Source: Lama glama
Lineage: Eukaryota
Direction: 5' to 3'
Length of the DNA: 64,000 nt
Assembly (NCBI GenBank): GCA_028534125.1
Contig: CM052816.1
Location: forward strand, 75,146,001 to 75,210,000
Under the pieces are notes generated by a model. It had not been told where the DNA came from. It did no database searches and worked only from the letters and a program-made list of their open reading frames with translations. Made by a program: the position numbers and the translations under genes. Within the stretch, counting starts at the first letter, position 1. Each line of letters opens with the position of its first letter. Shown here piece by piece: positions 63,100 through 64,000 of the stretch.

Positions 63100-63475
63100 G
63101 GGAGTGCAGATATCTCTTCAAGACCATGATTTCAATTCTTTTGGATATTTTCCTTCCATTTATGGCAGAATGGATGAAACTAAGGGCATTATGATGAGTT
63201 AAATCAGACAGAGAAAGACAAACACTGTATGGCACCACTTACATGTGAAACAAAGAATTCCAGTCTAAATTTTACAGACAGACAGTAGAAAGACAGTGGC
63301 CAGAGACTGGGGAGAGGAGGAAACAGGGAGATACAGGTGGTCAAAGGATACAGACTCTCAGGTATAAGAAGAATGAGCACTTGAGGAGCTCATGTTTAGC
63401 CTGGTGACTATGGTTAGAATACAACATTCTATGTTTGAAAGTTGCCGAGAGAAGATCTTAAGCATTATCACTGCA
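63100..63475 (+). mobile_element. L1MA-like 3' fragment with a short inverted 5' piece (63100 to about 63150)
   Basis: 'ggagtgcagatatctcttcaagaccatgatttcaattcttttggata' is antisense ORF2, followed by sense 'atggatgaaactaagggcattatg...cagagaaagacaaacactgtatg'. Confidence 0.8.
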
Positions 63476-63516
63476 TTTTTCTTCTAAGAGATTATGCTTT
63501 CCGTAGGAATAAAAGT

Positions 63517-63914
63517 ATGTGATCTCACTTATTTGAGGAACCTAAAAAAACTGAACTCATAAAAGCAGAGAGTAGAAAAGTGGTTTCCAGGAGTTCGATT
63601 GGGGTAAGTGGGAGACAGTGATTAAAGGGCACACAGTCCAGTCGTGTCAGATAAATAAGTTCTAAAGATCTAATGTACAGCATGGTAACTGCAGTTGACA
63701 ATACTGTACTGTATATTTGACATTTTCCAAGAGATAGATCTATGTGTTTTCATCACACACACACACAGAGAATGATAACTATGTGAGGTGATGGACACAT
63801 TAATTGAGTGGTGATCATTTCACAATGTATATGTATACCAAGTCATCACATTGTACACCTTAAATATACATACAATTTAATTTGTCAATTATACCTCAAT
63901 AAAGATACAAAAAA
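63517..63914 (+). mobile_element. L1MA9-like 3' end
   Basis: 'gatctcactta...agcagagagtagaa...gatctaatgtacagcatggt...tcaattatacctcaataaag'. Confidence 0.9.
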
Positions 63915-64000
63915 GTTTCAATTACATTTAAAAATTACATTGTTCATGTATAATTTGAATGAGAAAAATTAATAAAAAAAGGCAATAAACTTACCATTAA

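Noticed and set aside
1..64000. Prokaryotic-type systems (CRISPR arrays, operons, defence islands)
   Set aside because: The sequence is mammalian; there are no regularly spaced repeat-spacer arrays or long ORFs.

Overview
Mammalian genomic DNA, AT-rich, CpG-depleted and repeat-dense. It is almost certainly from a camelid (camel, alpaca or llama), because it carries a tRNA-Ala-derived Vic-1-type SINE and cetartiodactyl-type L1 3' ends. I find no supportable protein-coding gene, RNA gene or CpG island, so the window looks intergenic or deep intronic. The supplied ORFs are chance ORFs or L1 ORF2/transposase remnants. Content is layered transposable elements: L1 3' fragments, L2, MIR, solo LTRs of ERV1, ERVL and MaLR type, and hAT DNA transposons (MER5, MER20, MER63, MER96B, MER102, MER115/Zaphod). 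Repeat family names come from my recall of consensus sequences, not a search, and boundaries of old elements are approximate. Most notable observations: (1) a CpG-rich, non-repeat ISRE/IRF cluster at about 48.25-48.62 kb containing the exact ISG15-type core AGTTTCGGTTTC, followed by a splice donor, a candidate interferon-inducible promoter of an unannotated transcript; (2) an old ERVL LTR at 129-712 carrying a decayed piece of apolipoprotein A-IV coding sequence; (3) atypical L1 insertions, namely an apparent 3' transduction, a tail-less internally primed fragment with a 22-bp duplication, and a twin-primed inversion; (4) two inverted solo LTRs of one ERV1 family sharing an ETS/STAT/NF-kB-like motif; (5) a few well-formed orphan exon candidates. 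I cannot support a wholly new biological system from sequence alone.
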